A stretch of 64,000 nt of DNA from the NCBI GenBank assembly GCA_963663165.1, contig OY760175.1, forward strand, positions 6,176,001-6,240,000. The letters are read 5' to 3'. The first letter of the stretch is position 1, and each line of letters opens with the position of its first letter. Under the pieces are notes generated by a model. It made no database searches. It was not told the origin of the DNA and saw nothing but the letters and a program-made list of their open reading frames with translations. Below, piece after piece: positions 48,610 to 59,653 of this stretch. Source of the DNA: an uncultured Desulfospira sp. GTDB lineage: Bacteria > Desulfobacterota > Desulfobacteria > Desulfobacterales > Desulfobacteraceae. The position numbers and the translations under genes are program-made.

Positions 48610-50362
48610 TGGACAGGGCCTTTTTCTGAACCTTGGCTGCCATATCTTTTTTAAATTGGGCCAGTTTTTCAGCCATTTCCGGATCAGACACACTCAGGAT
48701 CTGGGCGGCGGTAATACCGGCGTTCTGTGCCCCGGATTTGCCGATGGCCATGGTGGATACCGGAATGCCCGGGGGCATCTGGACTGTTGCCAGCAGGGCA
48801 TCCATGCCCTGAAGGGCAGACGACGGAATGGGGACCCCTAACACCGGCAAGGTGGTGTGGGCGGCCATAACCCCGGCCAGATGGGCGGCGTGTCCGGCCC
48901 CGCAAATTAATACCTTTATCCCCTTGTCCCGGGCCTCTATGGCCAGTTTGGCCGCCTGGTCCGGGGTCCGGTGGGCCGATGCCACGGTTACATAATAAGG
49001 GATGTCAAATTGCTTGAGCATGGACAAGGTCTTTGCCATCACGGGAAAGTCTGAGTCGCTGCCCATGATCACCCCGACCTTGGGGGGGATGGCGAACCGT
49101 TTAAGGGCCTTGCTGCCGATATCTTTCCGGTAAAAATGGTCTTTAAAGGAAATTTTGGCGCAGGCCTGGTAGGCAGTTTCAATGGCCTTTTCAACCGAAT
49201 CCCCAAGGGCAGTCACCCCCAGGACCCGGCCGCCGGATGCCACCACTTTGTCCCCATCCATGGCTGTGCCGGCGTGGAAGACAACCGTGTCTTCCCCTGC
49301 AGCCGCATCAAGGCCGTCAATGGGATTTCCTTTTTCATAGGAGCCGGGATACCCGCCGGCTGAAATCACAACGCAGACGGCGGCTCTCGGATCAATATCA
49401 ATGGTGTGCCGGTGCAGGGTGCCGTCGCAGCAGGCTTCCATGAGGGGCACCAGGTCATTTTTAACCCGCATGAGAATGGGCTGGGTTTCAGGATCTCCCA
49501 ACCGGACATTGAATTCCAGGACCTTGATTTTATCTTTTTTGACCATGAGCCCGGCATACAGCACCCCTTTAAACGGGGAGCCCTCTTTTGCCATGCCCTT
49601 GACCGCCGGAATCATGACCTCTTCCATGGCCTTAAGGCGCATCATGTGGTCCAGGACCGGGGCCGGTGAATAGGCGCCCATGCCGCCGGTGTTAGGCCCT
49701 TCATCATTATCATATGCCCGTTTGTGGTCCTGGGATTCGGGCAGGGCCAGAACGGTTTTTCCGTCGGTAAAAACGATAAAAGAGGCCTCTTCGCCTTCAA
49801 GGCATTCCTCTACCACGATGGTCTGTCCCGCATCCTGGAACACTTTGTCCACCAGCATGGCGTCAATGGCCTGTTCGGCCTGTTCAAGGCTCTCACAGAC
49901 CACCACCCCTTTGCCGGCAGCCAGGCCGTCGGCCTTGACCACGCAGGGAGCCCCAAGGGCCCTGGCATATGCTTTGGCCCGTTCAGGATTGGTAAAGGCT
50001 TTGCCCATGGCGCAGGGGATATTGTATTTGATCATATGGTTTTTTGAAAAGACCTTGGAGCCTTCCAGCATGGCGCCTGCCCCTGCAGGGCCGAATACCT
50101 TGAGCCCCTTTTGTTCAAACAAATCAACGATGCCTTTGACCAGGGGCGCTTCAGGTCCTACAACGGTGAGGTCAATCTGTTTGTCCAGGGCAAAGGCTGC
50201 CAGGGATTCGATGTCTTCGGCATCAATGGGGACCGGTTCCGCCAGGCTTCGGGTGCCGGCATTGCCCGGAGCACAGTAAATTTTTTCAACCAACGGGCTT
50301 TGGGAAATTTTCCAGGTCAGGGTGTGTTCGCGGCCGCCGCTGCCGACAACGAGAATTTTCAT
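48602..50362 (-). CDS. purD: Phosphoribosylamine-glycine ligase fused to C-terminal PurE
   Basis: GSGGREH, QDHKR, NTGGMG; then IMGSDSD, SAHRTP, VQMPPGIPV (PurE). Confidence 0.93.
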   Translation of the reverse strand: MKILVVGSGGREHTLTWKISQSPLVEKIYCAPGNAGTRSLAEPVPIDAEDIESLAAFALDKQIDLTVVGPEAPLVKGIVDLFEQKGLKVFGPAGAGAMLEGSKVFSKNHMIKYNIPCAMGKAFTNPERAKAYARALGAPCVVKADGLAAGKGVVVCESLEQAEQAIDAMLVDKVFQDAGQTIVVEECLEGEEASFIVFTDGKTVLALPESQDHKRAYDNDEGPNTGGMGAYSPAPVLDHMMRLKAMEEVMIPAVKGMAKEGSPFKGVLYAGLMVKKDKIKVLEFNVRLGDPETQPILMRVKNDLVPLMEACCDGTLHRHTIDIDPRAAVCVVISAGGYPGSYEKGNPIDGLDAAAGEDTVVFHAGTAMDGDKVVASGGRVLGVTALGDSVEKAIETAYQACAKISFKDHFYRKDIGSKALKRFAIPPKVGVIMGSDSDFPVMAKTLSMLKQFDIPYYVTVASAHRTPDQAAKLAIEARDKGIKVLICGAGHAAHLAGVMAAHTTLPVLGVPIPSSALQGMDALLATVQMPPGIPVSTMAIGKSGAQNAGITAAQILSVSDPEMAEKLAQFKKDMAAKVQKKALSIA

Positions 50363-51318
50363 GTTGCCCTCCTTAAGTTTGTCCGTTTATGTTCTTCAAT
50401 GGCCAGATCAATCAGTTTATCCAAAAGTTGTGAAAAAGAGTATCCCGCCACGCTGGCTGACTGGGGAAACAGGCTGGTGGCGGTCATGCCGGGAATGGTG
50501 TTGGTTTCAAGAACAGTCAGCTCATTGTCCTTTAAGATCATGTCGGTTCTGGAATACCCTTTTAAAAACAAGGCTTTGTGGGACTGGACGGCCAGTTCCA
50601 TGGCCTGCCGGGTAATGGTCTCGTCCACCCGGGCAGGGCAGATCTCCTCGGTTTCACCGACCACATACTTGGCTTTATAATCAAAAAACTCATGGCCCTG
50701 GCCCGGGACAATCTCAATAATGGGCAGGGCTTCAAGGTCATCATTGCCCAGCACGCCGCAGGTCAGTTCAATCCCCTTGACATAGGCTTCCAGAAGAATG
50801 GTGTCATCGTTTTCGAACCCTAGTTTGATGGCCGCATCCAGATCTTTGGGGTCTTTGACAATGGTCATGCCCACACTGGAGCCGGCATTGGCGGGTTTGA
50901 CCACCAGGGGCAGCCCGATGTCACGGACCACCCGGGCGGTATCCACCTTGTCCTGAAGGGTGAAAGAACTAAAATCCGGGGTGGGGATCCCGGCTCCCCG
51001 GTAAAGCCGCTTGGCTGTCAGTTTGTTCATGGCGGCGGCAGAGCCCAAGACACCGGCCCCCTGGTAGGGGATGTCCAACAGGTCCAAAAGCCCCTGGACG
51101 GTCCCGTCTTCTCCAAAAGGACCGTGGAGGATGATCAGTGCCGCATCAATTTGGGATGCGTCATTGACCAGTTTTCCCAGATCAGTTTTGGGATCATACC
51201 GGGTAATGTCGTATTTTTCCTTATCCAGGGCCTCATATACCTGACTGCCGCTGTTAAGGGAAACCTCCCGTTCAGAAGATATGCCGCCGGATAACAGGGC
51301 CAGCCTGATTTTTCCCAT
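50359..51318 (-). CDS. ddl: D-alanine-D-alanine ligase
   Basis: GGISSEREVS, LHGPFGEDG, GSSVG, ETNTIPGMT. Confidence 0.95.
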   Translation of the reverse strand: MGKIRLALLSGGISSEREVSLNSGSQVYEALDKEKYDITRYDPKTDLGKLVNDASQIDAALIILHGPFGEDGTVQGLLDLLDIPYQGAGVLGSAAAMNKLTAKRLYRGAGIPTPDFSSFTLQDKVDTARVVRDIGLPLVVKPANAGSSVGMTIVKDPKDLDAAIKLGFENDDTILLEAYVKGIELTCGVLGNDDLEALPIIEIVPGQGHEFFDYKAKYVVGETEEICPARVDETITRQAMELAVQSHKALFLKGYSRTDMILKDNELTVLETNTIPGMTATSLFPQSASVAGYSFSQLLDKLIDLAIEEHKRTNLRRAT

Positions 51319-51412
51319 GGTCTGCTCCTTGTTGGTTTGGGTTGGCGTTATGACCTGCCCTTAAGTTAAGATAATACTCCCGCGGCCGGGCCAGCCGGGG
51401 AGCTTAAAAGGC

Positions 51413-51901
51413 CTACCCCTGGATAATGGACTGCCGAGCCTGCTCGAGTTCTTCCCTGGAAATCAGATTCTTTTCATACAGGGTATTGATTTCCAGCATT
51501 TTTCGTTCTGCACGGTCCACGGCACTTTCAATCAGATGGGCGTTGGGGTAGTTGGTATCATGGTCAAGGAGCATGGGGGTGTTTTCCCGGGCCTTGACCG
51601 TAAACGATGCAAGCCCCCCCAAGAGCCTGACTTCCACTGTCCGGTCCTGAAATTCGGGAACGGACAGGATGTCTCTTAGCTGGGAGGTGCTGTTTCTCAT
51701 CCTGCGGTAAAACAGCCAGGCAATGGACAGGACCAGGATTCCGATGGTGCCCATGATCCAGGGCAGATAATGGTAAACGCCCCTGAAAAGGACAACGGAA
51801 AGCCCGACCCCTGCCAGGAGAAACACATGGAGGAGAAGGATGAAATATGCCACAAATACGCTTTTAAAAAGCCCGTCTTTATCTTTTTTCTTTAACTTCA
51901 T
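51413..51901 (-). CDS. Hypothetical membrane protein with SHOCT-like C-terminus
   Basis: Two TM segments; LYEKNLISREE.EQAR. Confidence 0.65.
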   Translation of the reverse strand: MKLKKKDKDGLFKSVFVAYFILLLHVFLLAGVGLSVVLFRGVYHYLPWIMGTIGILVLSIAWLFYRRMRNSTSQLRDILSVPEFQDRTVEVRLLGGLASFTVKARENTPMLLDHDTNYPNAHLIESAVDRAERKMLEINTLYEKNLISREELEQARQSIIQG

Positions 51902-52269
51902 GATATTTTCTTTATTACATTTTCCCTGTAGGCCTCCAGGGCCGAAAAGGAAAGGGTTCGCCCACCCCTCAGGGTGCTAAGTTTGGTCAACAGATAGTTG
52001 AGTTTCTTCTGAATTTCAGGCCGCTGCGCTGAGTCAAGACTGCATGCGCTCAACAGATTCCGGGTGTTCTGGATATCTTTTTTTAATTCCAGTTCCGGCG
52101 GCAGAAAGCCTGCATTCTTCAGTATCTTATAGGCCATCCGGCATTCTTCGGGCAGATTAAGGTCTTCAAGGTTCAGGGGCTTGCCGTTCCCTTCAAGATT
52201 ATCAAAGGCCCCTTCCTGCTGGGCTTTTTTTATTCTTTCTTCCACAATAGCTTGAAACCCGGGGATCAT
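51898..52269 (-). CDS. DUF1992 / DnaJ-family-associated protein
   Basis: EERIKKA..EGAFDNLEGNGKPL, ILKNAGFLPPE. Confidence 0.85.
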   Translation of the reverse strand: MIPGFQAIVEERIKKAQQEGAFDNLEGNGKPLNLEDLNLPEECRMAYKILKNAGFLPPELELKKDIQNTRNLLSACSLDSAQRPEIQKKLNYLLTKLSTLRGGRTLSFSALEAYRENVIKKIS

Positions 52270-52485
52270 AATAAAAACGGCTGCTCCTCAATGGTAAATC
52301 ATGGTTGGCAAAGGGATTTTTACAAAAGAATAAACACGCCTAATATAGGGGTAGAATTCTATTAAATCCCGACCGGTTTTGCAAGGTATATTTCTTGACA
52401 GTCCTTAGGCAATACTGTATCAAATATGAGCTTAAAAATGGGGATGACAGCCCTAAGGGCAGCATGACCACAGACCAGATAAACC

Positions 52486-53043
52486 ATGAAAAAAAAAACG
52501 GCAAAATGGGTGTGGCTGATTTTGATTTTCAGCCTGCTGCAAGGCGGCCGGGTTCAGACAGACAGTTCATGGGCCGCAGATCATGCCGAAAGCAGGCCAA
52601 AGGCATTGACCAGTGCCCTGCTGTATTTTGCCGATCCGGACCAGGCCCGGTTAACGGCTCGGGAAAGGCTGTTTTCCCCGGGCATTGGCCCCCGGGAACT
52701 GGGCATGAACATTTTAAATGGGCTTTTTGAACCCGCCGCCCTTTCAGGGGTTAAGCCCTTCTGGCCTCCCGGGACATCGGTCAGGGCCTTTTTTATGGGG
52801 CAGGACGGCAGGGCCTATGTGGATCTGGCCGTTAAGGGCTTTAAGTCGGGAGAGGCGGGAATTGAGAATACAGACACCATATCAGAGCTTCTATCGGTTT
52901 ACGCCATTGTCAACTCCCTGACCCTGAATATTTCTCAGATCCAGGAGGTCAAAATACTGATCAACGGTTCTGATGCCAAAAGCTTGGGCGGACATGTCAG
53001 CCTGGATGTTTTTTTTAAATCTAATTTAGTGTTGGTAAAATGA
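52486..53043 (+). CDS. GerMN-domain protein
   Basis: LYFAD, AYVDL, AIVNSLT..I..VKILING, GHVSL. Confidence 0.8.
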   Translation: MKKKTAKWVWLILIFSLLQGGRVQTDSSWAADHAESRPKALTSALLYFADPDQARLTARERLFSPGIGPRELGMNILNGLFEPAALSGVKPFWPPGTSVRAFFMGQDGRAYVDLAVKGFKSGEAGIENTDTISELLSVYAIVNSLTLNISQIQEVKILINGSDAKSLGGHVSLDVFFKSNLVLVK

Positions 53044-55094
53044 GTCAGAAAAAAAGTTCCACACAGAAAAAAGATATTTCCAAATTAAGAAATATCGGGA
53101 TTATGGCCCACATTGATGCGGGAAAAACCACGGTCACCGAAAGAATCCTGTACTATACGGGAAAATCCCATAAAATCGGGGAAGTCCATGACGGCGAGGC
53201 GGTCATGGACTGGATGCAGGATGAACAGGACCGGGGGATTACCATTACCTCGGCCGTCACCACCTGCCAGTGGAAACAGTCGGTGATCCAGATCATTGAT
53301 ACGCCGGGCCATGTGGATTTCACCGTTGAGGTGGAGCGGGCCTTAAGGGTTCTGGACGGGGCCATTGGCGTGTTCTGTGCTGTGGGCGGGGTGGAGCCCC
53401 AGTCGGAAACGGTCTGGCGCCAGGCAGACCGGTATTCGGTGCCGCGGCTTGCCTTTATCAATAAAATGGACCGGACCGGTGCTGATTTTTTCAAGGTGGT
53501 AAAGGCCATTCAGACAAAGCTTAACGCCAATCCCGTGGTGGTCCAGCTTCCGGTGGGGGCCGAGGAAAACTTCAGTGCGGTCATTGACCTGATTTCCATG
53601 CGGCAGATCCAGTGGGATGATGAGACCAAAGGGGCGGAATATACCGATTCCGATTTGGATGAGGGCCCCCTTTTGGACCTTGCCGTGGAATACCGGGAAA
53701 AGCTTCTTGAGGCGGTTTGCGAGCTTGATGACGAGATCATGGAAAAATACCTCTCCGAAGAGCCCATTTCAGAACCAGAACTCAAGGCGGCCATCAGAAA
53801 GGCGACCATTGCCCGGCAAATAGTACCGGTGCTTTGCGGTTCCGCCCTGAAAAACAAGGGTATCCAGCCCCTTCTGGACGCCATTGAAAGCTACCTGCCC
53901 AGTCCTTTGGATATCCCGCCGGTAAAGGGGATTCATCCTGAAACCGGTGAGGAGCTTGAATTCCCCCCGAGAAAAAGCGCACCGCTGGCGGCCCTGATAT
54001 TCAAGGTATCCATGATCGAAGGGCGCAAACTTTCCTTTGCCCGGATTTATTCCGGTGCCATAGAGGCCGGCGCCGATGCGTACAATCCCTTTCTGCAGAA
54101 AAAAGAAAAGCTGTCCCGGATACTCATGATGCACGCCAACAAAAAAGAGCGGCTTCAGGAAGCCTCAGCCGGGGATATCATCGGCATTGTGGGATTAAAA
54201 GATACCGGCACCGGAGACACCCTGTGCAGCCAGGATCATCCCGTATTTCTTGAAAAAATGGAGTACGCCCAGCCCGTGATCTCCATTGCCATTGAACCCA
54301 AAACCCATGCCGACCAGGAAAAACTCAACGACGTTCTGGAAAAATTCACCATTGAAGACCCCACCCTTAAGGTGTCCACAGACGAGGAAACCGGCCAGAC
54401 CATTTTGTCGGGCATGGGAGAGCTTCATCTTGAAATCATCATCTCACGGATGCTCAAAGAGTTTAACACCAACGTGAATGTGGGCAATCCCCAGGTGGTA
54501 TACCGGGAAGTCATCACGGCGCCGGCCACGGGCACCGCTGTATTTGAACGGGAAATCTCAGGCAAAGCCCATTTTGCCGAACTCAAAATCCGGCTGGAAC
54601 CCCTTGGCCGGGGAGAGGGCATTACCTTTACCAACCAGGCTTCCCCGGATCAGGTCCCGGAAAATTATGTGGCGGCCATTGAAACCGGCATCAGGGAAAG
54701 CCTTGAGGGCGGGTTCCTCAAAGGGTACCCCCTGGTGGATGTGGGCATTATCCTTGAAAGCGGACGGCAGGAAGAGGGCAAAAGCTCCGAGCTTGCCTTT
54801 TCCGTGTGCGGGGCCATGGCCAGCAAGGACGCCCTGGAATCAGCTTCCCTGGCGCTGCTTGAACCCATCATGGATGTTGAGGTGTTTGTACCCGATGCCT
54901 ATATGGGGGATGCCATTGCCGATTTAAATGCCAGGGGCGGAAAAGTCGAGGCCATTACGCCGGATGCCGGGATACAGATTGTCAAGGCCGTGGTTCCCCT
55001 GGCCAGGATGTTCGGCTATTCCACGGCCCTGCGCTCCGCCACCCAGGGGCGCGGGACGTTTACCATGCAATTCTCAGCCTTTGACAGAGTATAA
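53040..55094 (+). CDS. fusA: Elongation factor G paralog
   Basis: [39 protein letters not shown]; not in an rpsL-rpsG-tuf context. Confidence 0.93.
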   Translation: MSQKKSSTQKKDISKLRNIGIMAHIDAGKTTVTERILYYTGKSHKIGEVHDGEAVMDWMQDEQDRGITITSAVTTCQWKQSVIQIIDTPGHVDFTVEVERALRVLDGAIGVFCAVGGVEPQSETVWRQADRYSVPRLAFINKMDRTGADFFKVVKAIQTKLNANPVVVQLPVGAEENFSAVIDLISMRQIQWDDETKGAEYTDSDLDEGPLLDLAVEYREKLLEAVCELDDEIMEKYLSEEPISEPELKAAIRKATIARQIVPVLCGSALKNKGIQPLLDAIESYLPSPLDIPPVKGIHPETGEELEFPPRKSAPLAALIFKVSMIEGRKLSFARIYSGAIEAGADAYNPFLQKKEKLSRILMMHANKKERLQEASAGDIIGIVGLKDTGTGDTLCSQDHPVFLEKMEYAQPVISIAIEPKTHADQEKLNDVLEKFTIEDPTLKVSTDEETGQTILSGMGELHLEIIISRMLKEFNTNVNVGNPQVVYREVITAPATGTAVFEREISGKAHFAELKIRLEPLGRGEGITFTNQASPDQVPENYVAAIETGIRESLEGGFLKGYPLVDVGIILESGRQEEGKSSELAFSVCGAMASKDALESASLALLEPIMDVEVFVPDAYMGDAIADLNARGGKVEAITPDAGIQIVKAVVPLARMFGYSTALRSATQGRGTFTMQFSAFDRV

Positions 55095-55098
55095 TTTG

Positions 55099-55242
55099 GT
55101 GTTTGAACCAAAAGTCACCCATCTGCTGTGTTGCAAAAAAATTTGCAATCCTCACAACCCTAATGGTTGCTTCGGTTACAAATTTTTCTGATTTCTGACC
55201 TTTGGTTACGCCTTGCATCTGGGCAACTTTTGGCCTAAACAC
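55099..55242. repeat. Palindromic repeat family A copy 3 (inverted, with internal insertion)
   Basis: GTGTTTGAACCAAAAGTCACCCATCTGC...GCATCTGGGCAACTTTTGGCCTAAACAC. Confidence 0.88.
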
Positions 55243-55363
55243 GGGGGCTATTTAGACACTAACGGCCACGGGCCGCCCTGGTTATCCAACCAAGCACCGC
55301 CCACAACGAATAATGAAAGTCTTCTCAGGACGTTAGTGAGACTTTTTTATAAAATTTTGAAGA

Positions 55364-56770
55364 TTAAGAATTTTTCTTGCGGTCGGATTTCTTTTCAAGC
55401 CGTTTCTGGGCATCTTTTCTTAGCTTGGGATCTTTTAAATCTTCCAACGCCTTTCTTAACAGCAGGGAGGCGTTTTTTTCATCCTTGATCTGGGCGTAGT
55501 ATACCCCGAGATAATAATCGGACAGGGCGGTTTCGTTGTGCCGGGACATGATCTGAGCCATGTAATAATAGGCTTTGGGAAAGGTGTCGGGCAGGGTTTC
55601 AATGACCTTGGACAGGTTTTTCTGGGCTCCGGGAAGGTCTCCTGATTCCAGCTGGGCAACGGCATACTGGTATCGGGCCTGGATTCCCATGACCGGCTCG
55701 TCCTGAATAAAGGCCAGTACTTCCAGGGCCTGCCGGAATTTGCCTTCAGCGATATAGACCCGGCCTAACTCCAGCAGGATCAGGGGGTCGAACAGTCGTT
55801 GGGACAAGGCTTTTTCAAAATATTCTTCTGCCTTCTGCCGCCGGTGTTTCCGGCTTTGCAACAGCCCCATGCCGTAGTTCAGCGCCGGGTTGTCAGGGGC
55901 TTTTTCAAGGTCAATGGCGATTTGGGCCATGCTTTTGTCCGGCTCATCATAAAGGCCTATGAGCCGGTATTTCACCATGTTGTAATCATAAGTCTTAGGG
56001 CATTCCGGCAGGGGATCGGGCCGGACACAGCCGGATAAAAGAGAGGAGATATGGGCGACCCGCGTGCTGGTTCCCGGATGGGTCTTAAAATAATCCGGGA
56101 TTCCCTCAATGCCCTGGTAGTCAGCGTCCCTGATCTTTAAAAGGCTGTCCAGAAGCCCTTTGGGATCATAACAGGACGATTTTAAGAACAGTATGCCTTT
56201 CTGGTCTGCTTCGGTTTCATTTTCCCGGGTATAGGCCAGCATGGCGGACTGGCCTGCGGCCACAGACCCGATGGTCAGTGCCTGTGCCGCTTCTGAACTG
56301 CCGGCGGACCCGGCAATGACCCCGGCCAGCATGCCGGCCAGGGAGCCGATGCTGACCAGCTTGGACCGGTCAATGGACTGGGACACATGGCGGCTGACCA
56401 CATGGGCAATTTCATGGGCCATAATGCCGGCAAGCTCATCAATGTTGTCCAGGGCCGTGATCAGCCCCCGGTGGATAAAAATATTGGCCGCAGGACTTGC
56501 AAACGCGTTAAACGTGTTGTCGTTGATCAAATAAAATGAATAGTCAAAGGGCTGGGGGGGCAGATTGGAAAGAATGTTTTTGCCCACGGTATTGATCATG
56601 TGGTTGGCCACGGGATCTTTTGACAGAATATTGCGCTTTTCAATCATTGCCATGAATTCTTTGGCCAGCTTTTTTTCATCGGGAATGGAGATGGCTTTCC
56701 CGGTCCCGGGGGCCAACGGGATGATGATCAGGGCAACAGCAATAACGGCGGTTATTTTAAAAGGGGTCAT
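55364..56770 (-). CDS. M48 metalloprotease with TPR repeats (BepA/YfgC-like)
   Basis: NAFA, AHEIAHV, ETEAD, THP, TPR C-terminus; start placed at MTPFK (uncertain). Confidence 0.88.
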   Translation of the reverse strand: MTPFKITAVIAVALIIIPLAPGTGKAISIPDEKKLAKEFMAMIEKRNILSKDPVANHMINTVGKNILSNLPPQPFDYSFYLINDNTFNAFASPAANIFIHRGLITALDNIDELAGIMAHEIAHVVSRHVSQSIDRSKLVSIGSLAGMLAGVIAGSAGSSEAAQALTIGSVAAGQSAMLAYTRENETEADQKGILFLKSSCYDPKGLLDSLLKIRDADYQGIEGIPDYFKTHPGTSTRVAHISSLLSGCVRPDPLPECPKTYDYNMVKYRLIGLYDEPDKSMAQIAIDLEKAPDNPALNYGMGLLQSRKHRRQKAEEYFEKALSQRLFDPLILLELGRVYIAEGKFRQALEVLAFIQDEPVMGIQARYQYAVAQLESGDLPGAQKNLSKVIETLPDTFPKAYYYMAQIMSRHNETALSDYYLGVYYAQIKDEKNASLLLRKALEDLKDPKLRKDAQKRLEKKSDRKKNS

Positions 56771-56872
56771 GAACAATGCTTTTTTGAAAGGTGGCGGGTT
56801 TAACCAGGCCATCCGGTTCTGGCACAAGGGGCGCCTGAACCGGTACTTTAATGGCGGTAAAACAAAAAACAG

Positions 56873-57439
56873 TTATATGCGGATAAACTCGGTATGCTCC
56901 ATGGCCAGTTCAATCATGAAGCTGTAGGTTCCGATTTTCATGGAAAGCCGCCGGTTCTGGGCAGAAAGCCCGTCAATGACCAGGGTGATGGCCCGGTTCA
57001 TGGTCAGGGCTTTGGGCTGTCCAAAACTGGCGTTTAAATCAAAGGCATCTTCCACTTCTTTAACCAGGTGTCCCATGAGCTGGTTGGTCAACTCCCCAAT
57101 GGTATCAGCCACCTCAGGGGATAAAATGCTCACGTCAAGCTCATCTTCAGGCATTCCCATGGCCGTCATATAGGTTTTATAAATTTCAATGGCAGCCCCG
57201 GCTGTAAAGTTCAGGATTACCAGTCCGGCATAATCCCCGTCAAACTGGACAAAGCTGGTCAGATCCGGCCGCATGGCCACCTTGGGGATGGCCTGGATCA
57301 CAGACGCATATGACACTTCCTGTAAGGTGCTGGTTTCAAACATTTTTTGAGCGGTTTTCAAAAAAATCTTGGATATCTCATCGATGGATGCGGTGGCATT
57401 TTTTCCGGCACACTGGGTGGACGATAATGAATTTTCCAT
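56873..57439 (-). CDS. DUF3334-family (CheX-like) protein
   Basis: FVQFDGD..GLVILNF..AA.EIY, GELTNQ. Confidence 0.7.
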   Translation of the reverse strand: MENSLSSTQCAGKNATASIDEISKIFLKTAQKMFETSTLQEVSYASVIQAIPKVAMRPDLTSFVQFDGDYAGLVILNFTAGAAIEIYKTYMTAMGMPEDELDVSILSPEVADTIGELTNQLMGHLVKEVEDAFDLNASFGQPKALTMNRAITLVIDGLSAQNRRLSMKIGTYSFMIELAMEHTEFIRI

Positions 57440-57622
57440 GGAAACTCCTTTTTATCTGGAACATGGGGCTTGGGATTTGGGACTGTTCTGGGGTACATAC
57501 TCCATATCTCAAGTCCCAAATCCCATTTCCCATTGAATTGGATGATCTTAAATCTTTCTTTTTATCAATGAATTCAAAGAAAAAGTCAAAAAATTTCTAA
57601 AATTGGGGCGAAAAACCCGGAC

Positions 57623-58543
57623 CTATCGCTCGCCCCTTTTGTAAGGGGCCGACAGCATGGCCGGGGCATTGAGTTTTCTGGGGTCCCTGAAACTGATGGC
57701 CAGTAAAATCACCAGGGTGGCGATATAGGGAAGCATGGCCAGAAAATTAGGGGAAATCCCCAAAGGCTGCATCAGATACTGGGCCACAAAAATACCGCCA
57801 AACAGAAACGAGGCCCAGATGGCCCGTCCCGGGTTCCACAGGGCAAAAATGGTCAGGGCAATGGCAATCCAGCCCCGTCCGGCGGTCATGCCCTCGATCC
57901 AGGATTTTGAGTAGGAAATGGACAGATGGGCCCCGGCAAGGGCTGAAAAACCGCCGCCGATGATAACGGACAGATACCGGATGAAAAACACATTGACCCC
58001 CTGGGTTTCCGTGGCTTTAGGGTTTTCTCCCGTGGATCTCACCTGGATGCCGAGTCTGGTTCTTTCAAGGAAAAACCAGGCCACCAGGGCCAGGACAATG
58101 GCCAGGTAAAAAAACGGGCTCTGGCTGAACAGCACCTTGCCCAGATAGGGGATGTCCGATAACACTGGAATGGATATGTCGGTCATTTTAGCGGATAAGG
58201 GCTGGCCCACATAGGGCTTTCCCAACATGCCGGACAGCCCTAAGCCCAGCATGGTCAGGGCAAGGCCCGAGACCACCTGATTGGCCTGAAGGGAAATAGA
58301 GGCAAAGGCATGAATCAGGGAAATGGCCATGCCCCCGGCAACGGCCGCCAGGACCCCGAGCCAGGGATGGCCCGTAATCATGGTGACCACAAAGGCGGTA
58401 AAGGCCCCGATGGCCATGACCCCTTCCACCCCGAGATTCAGGATACCGCTTCTCTCGCAGATGACTTCCCCGGTGGTGGCCAGCAGCAGCGGGGTGCCCG
58501 CCACCATGGTCCGCTGCAGTATTGATATAATTACATCTTCCAT
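57623..58543 (-). CDS. Nucleoside-type ABC transporter permease
   Basis: ERSGILNLGVEG, GENP, GRGWIAIA. Confidence 0.9.
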   Translation of the reverse strand: MEDVIISILQRTMVAGTPLLLATTGEVICERSGILNLGVEGVMAIGAFTAFVVTMITGHPWLGVLAAVAGGMAISLIHAFASISLQANQVVSGLALTMLGLGLSGMLGKPYVGQPLSAKMTDISIPVLSDIPYLGKVLFSQSPFFYLAIVLALVAWFFLERTRLGIQVRSTGENPKATETQGVNVFFIRYLSVIIGGGFSALAGAHLSISYSKSWIEGMTAGRGWIAIALTIFALWNPGRAIWASFLFGGIFVAQYLMQPLGISPNFLAMLPYIATLVILLAISFRDPRKLNAPAMLSAPYKRGER

Positions 58544-58547
58544 AACG

Positions 58548-59636
58548 TTAACTTTCTGAAACCCTTGAAACCCTTATGGTTACTTTGTTGTGAAGAAAAT
58601 AGTCCCCCATGATCAAAAAGACCAGGATCACCCCGTTAACGATGTTCACCGTGGCCGCGGGCAGGCCCAGAGAAACCTGGATGGCGTCTCCGCCCACCAG
58701 GATCCCGGCAAAAAACAGGCCCGAAACAATGGCATAAAGCGGGTTGAGCTTGGCCAGCCATGCCACGATAATGGCCGTAAACCCGTACCCTGAGGAGACC
58801 GCCGCCGGATAGCCTAAGTATTCATGGATGCCGGCCACTTCTCCGATGCCGGCCATCCCGGCCAGCCCCCCGGAAATGGCCATGAGGATCAGGCTGGTCT
58901 TCATGAAGTTGATGCCGGCATACTTTCCGGCATCGGGGTTTTCCCCCACCACCCGGGCCTCGTAGCCGAACCGTGTTTTATAAATCAGCACGCACAGGAT
59001 CAGGGCCGATACCAGGGCCAGAATCAGGGTCGCATAATGGATCCGGGAACCGGGGATCACCCCGAGCAGGGCGGAGCCCGGCAGGTTTTCCGTTCCGGGA
59101 TACCCGAACCGGGATTTGCCTTTCCACGGCCCCACAATGAGCATGGTTAAAAACTCGGCACAGATATAGTTGAGCATGAGGGTGGAAATGACTTCATTGA
59201 TGGCGTATTTGATTTTCAAGAAAGCCGGGATAATGCCCCATAAAGCCCCGCCCAGAAACCCTGCGGCAAACATGACCGGAATTATAACTACAGAGGGCAG
59301 GGTGTCTCCAAAGGTCAGGGCGGCCCAGCTGCCGAAAACAGCGCCCATGAGCAGCTGGCCTTCGGCACCGATATTCCAGAACTTGGCCCGGAATGCCAGG
59401 GTCAGCCCGGCCCCGATAAGGATCAACGGGATGGCTTTGGTAACGGTTTCTTTAAATCCGTAAACCGAGCCAAAAGAGCCCATGAAGATCTCTTTGATGG
59501 CAAACCACGGGTTAACCCCGGAAAGAAAAAAGACCATGCTGATAACCAGAAGCCCGGCCCCGAGGCTGGCCACATTGGTCATCAAAGATCTGGTGCCGGA
59601 AATATGGTAACGGTCGGTGGTAGTGATTTTGATCAT
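58548..59636 (-). CDS. Nucleoside-type ABC transporter permease
   Basis: NIGAEGQ, NEVISTLMLNY, GYGFTAI. Confidence 0.9.
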   Translation of the reverse strand: MIKITTTDRYHISGTRSLMTNVASLGAGLLVISMVFFLSGVNPWFAIKEIFMGSFGSVYGFKETVTKAIPLILIGAGLTLAFRAKFWNIGAEGQLLMGAVFGSWAALTFGDTLPSVVIIPVMFAAGFLGGALWGIIPAFLKIKYAINEVISTLMLNYICAEFLTMLIVGPWKGKSRFGYPGTENLPGSALLGVIPGSRIHYATLILALVSALILCVLIYKTRFGYEARVVGENPDAGKYAGINFMKTSLILMAISGGLAGMAGIGEVAGIHEYLGYPAAVSSGYGFTAIIVAWLAKLNPLYAIVSGLFFAGILVGGDAIQVSLGLPAATVNIVNGVILVFLIMGDYFLHNKVTIRVSRVSES

Positions 59637-59653
59637 GATATAAAAATTTTATG

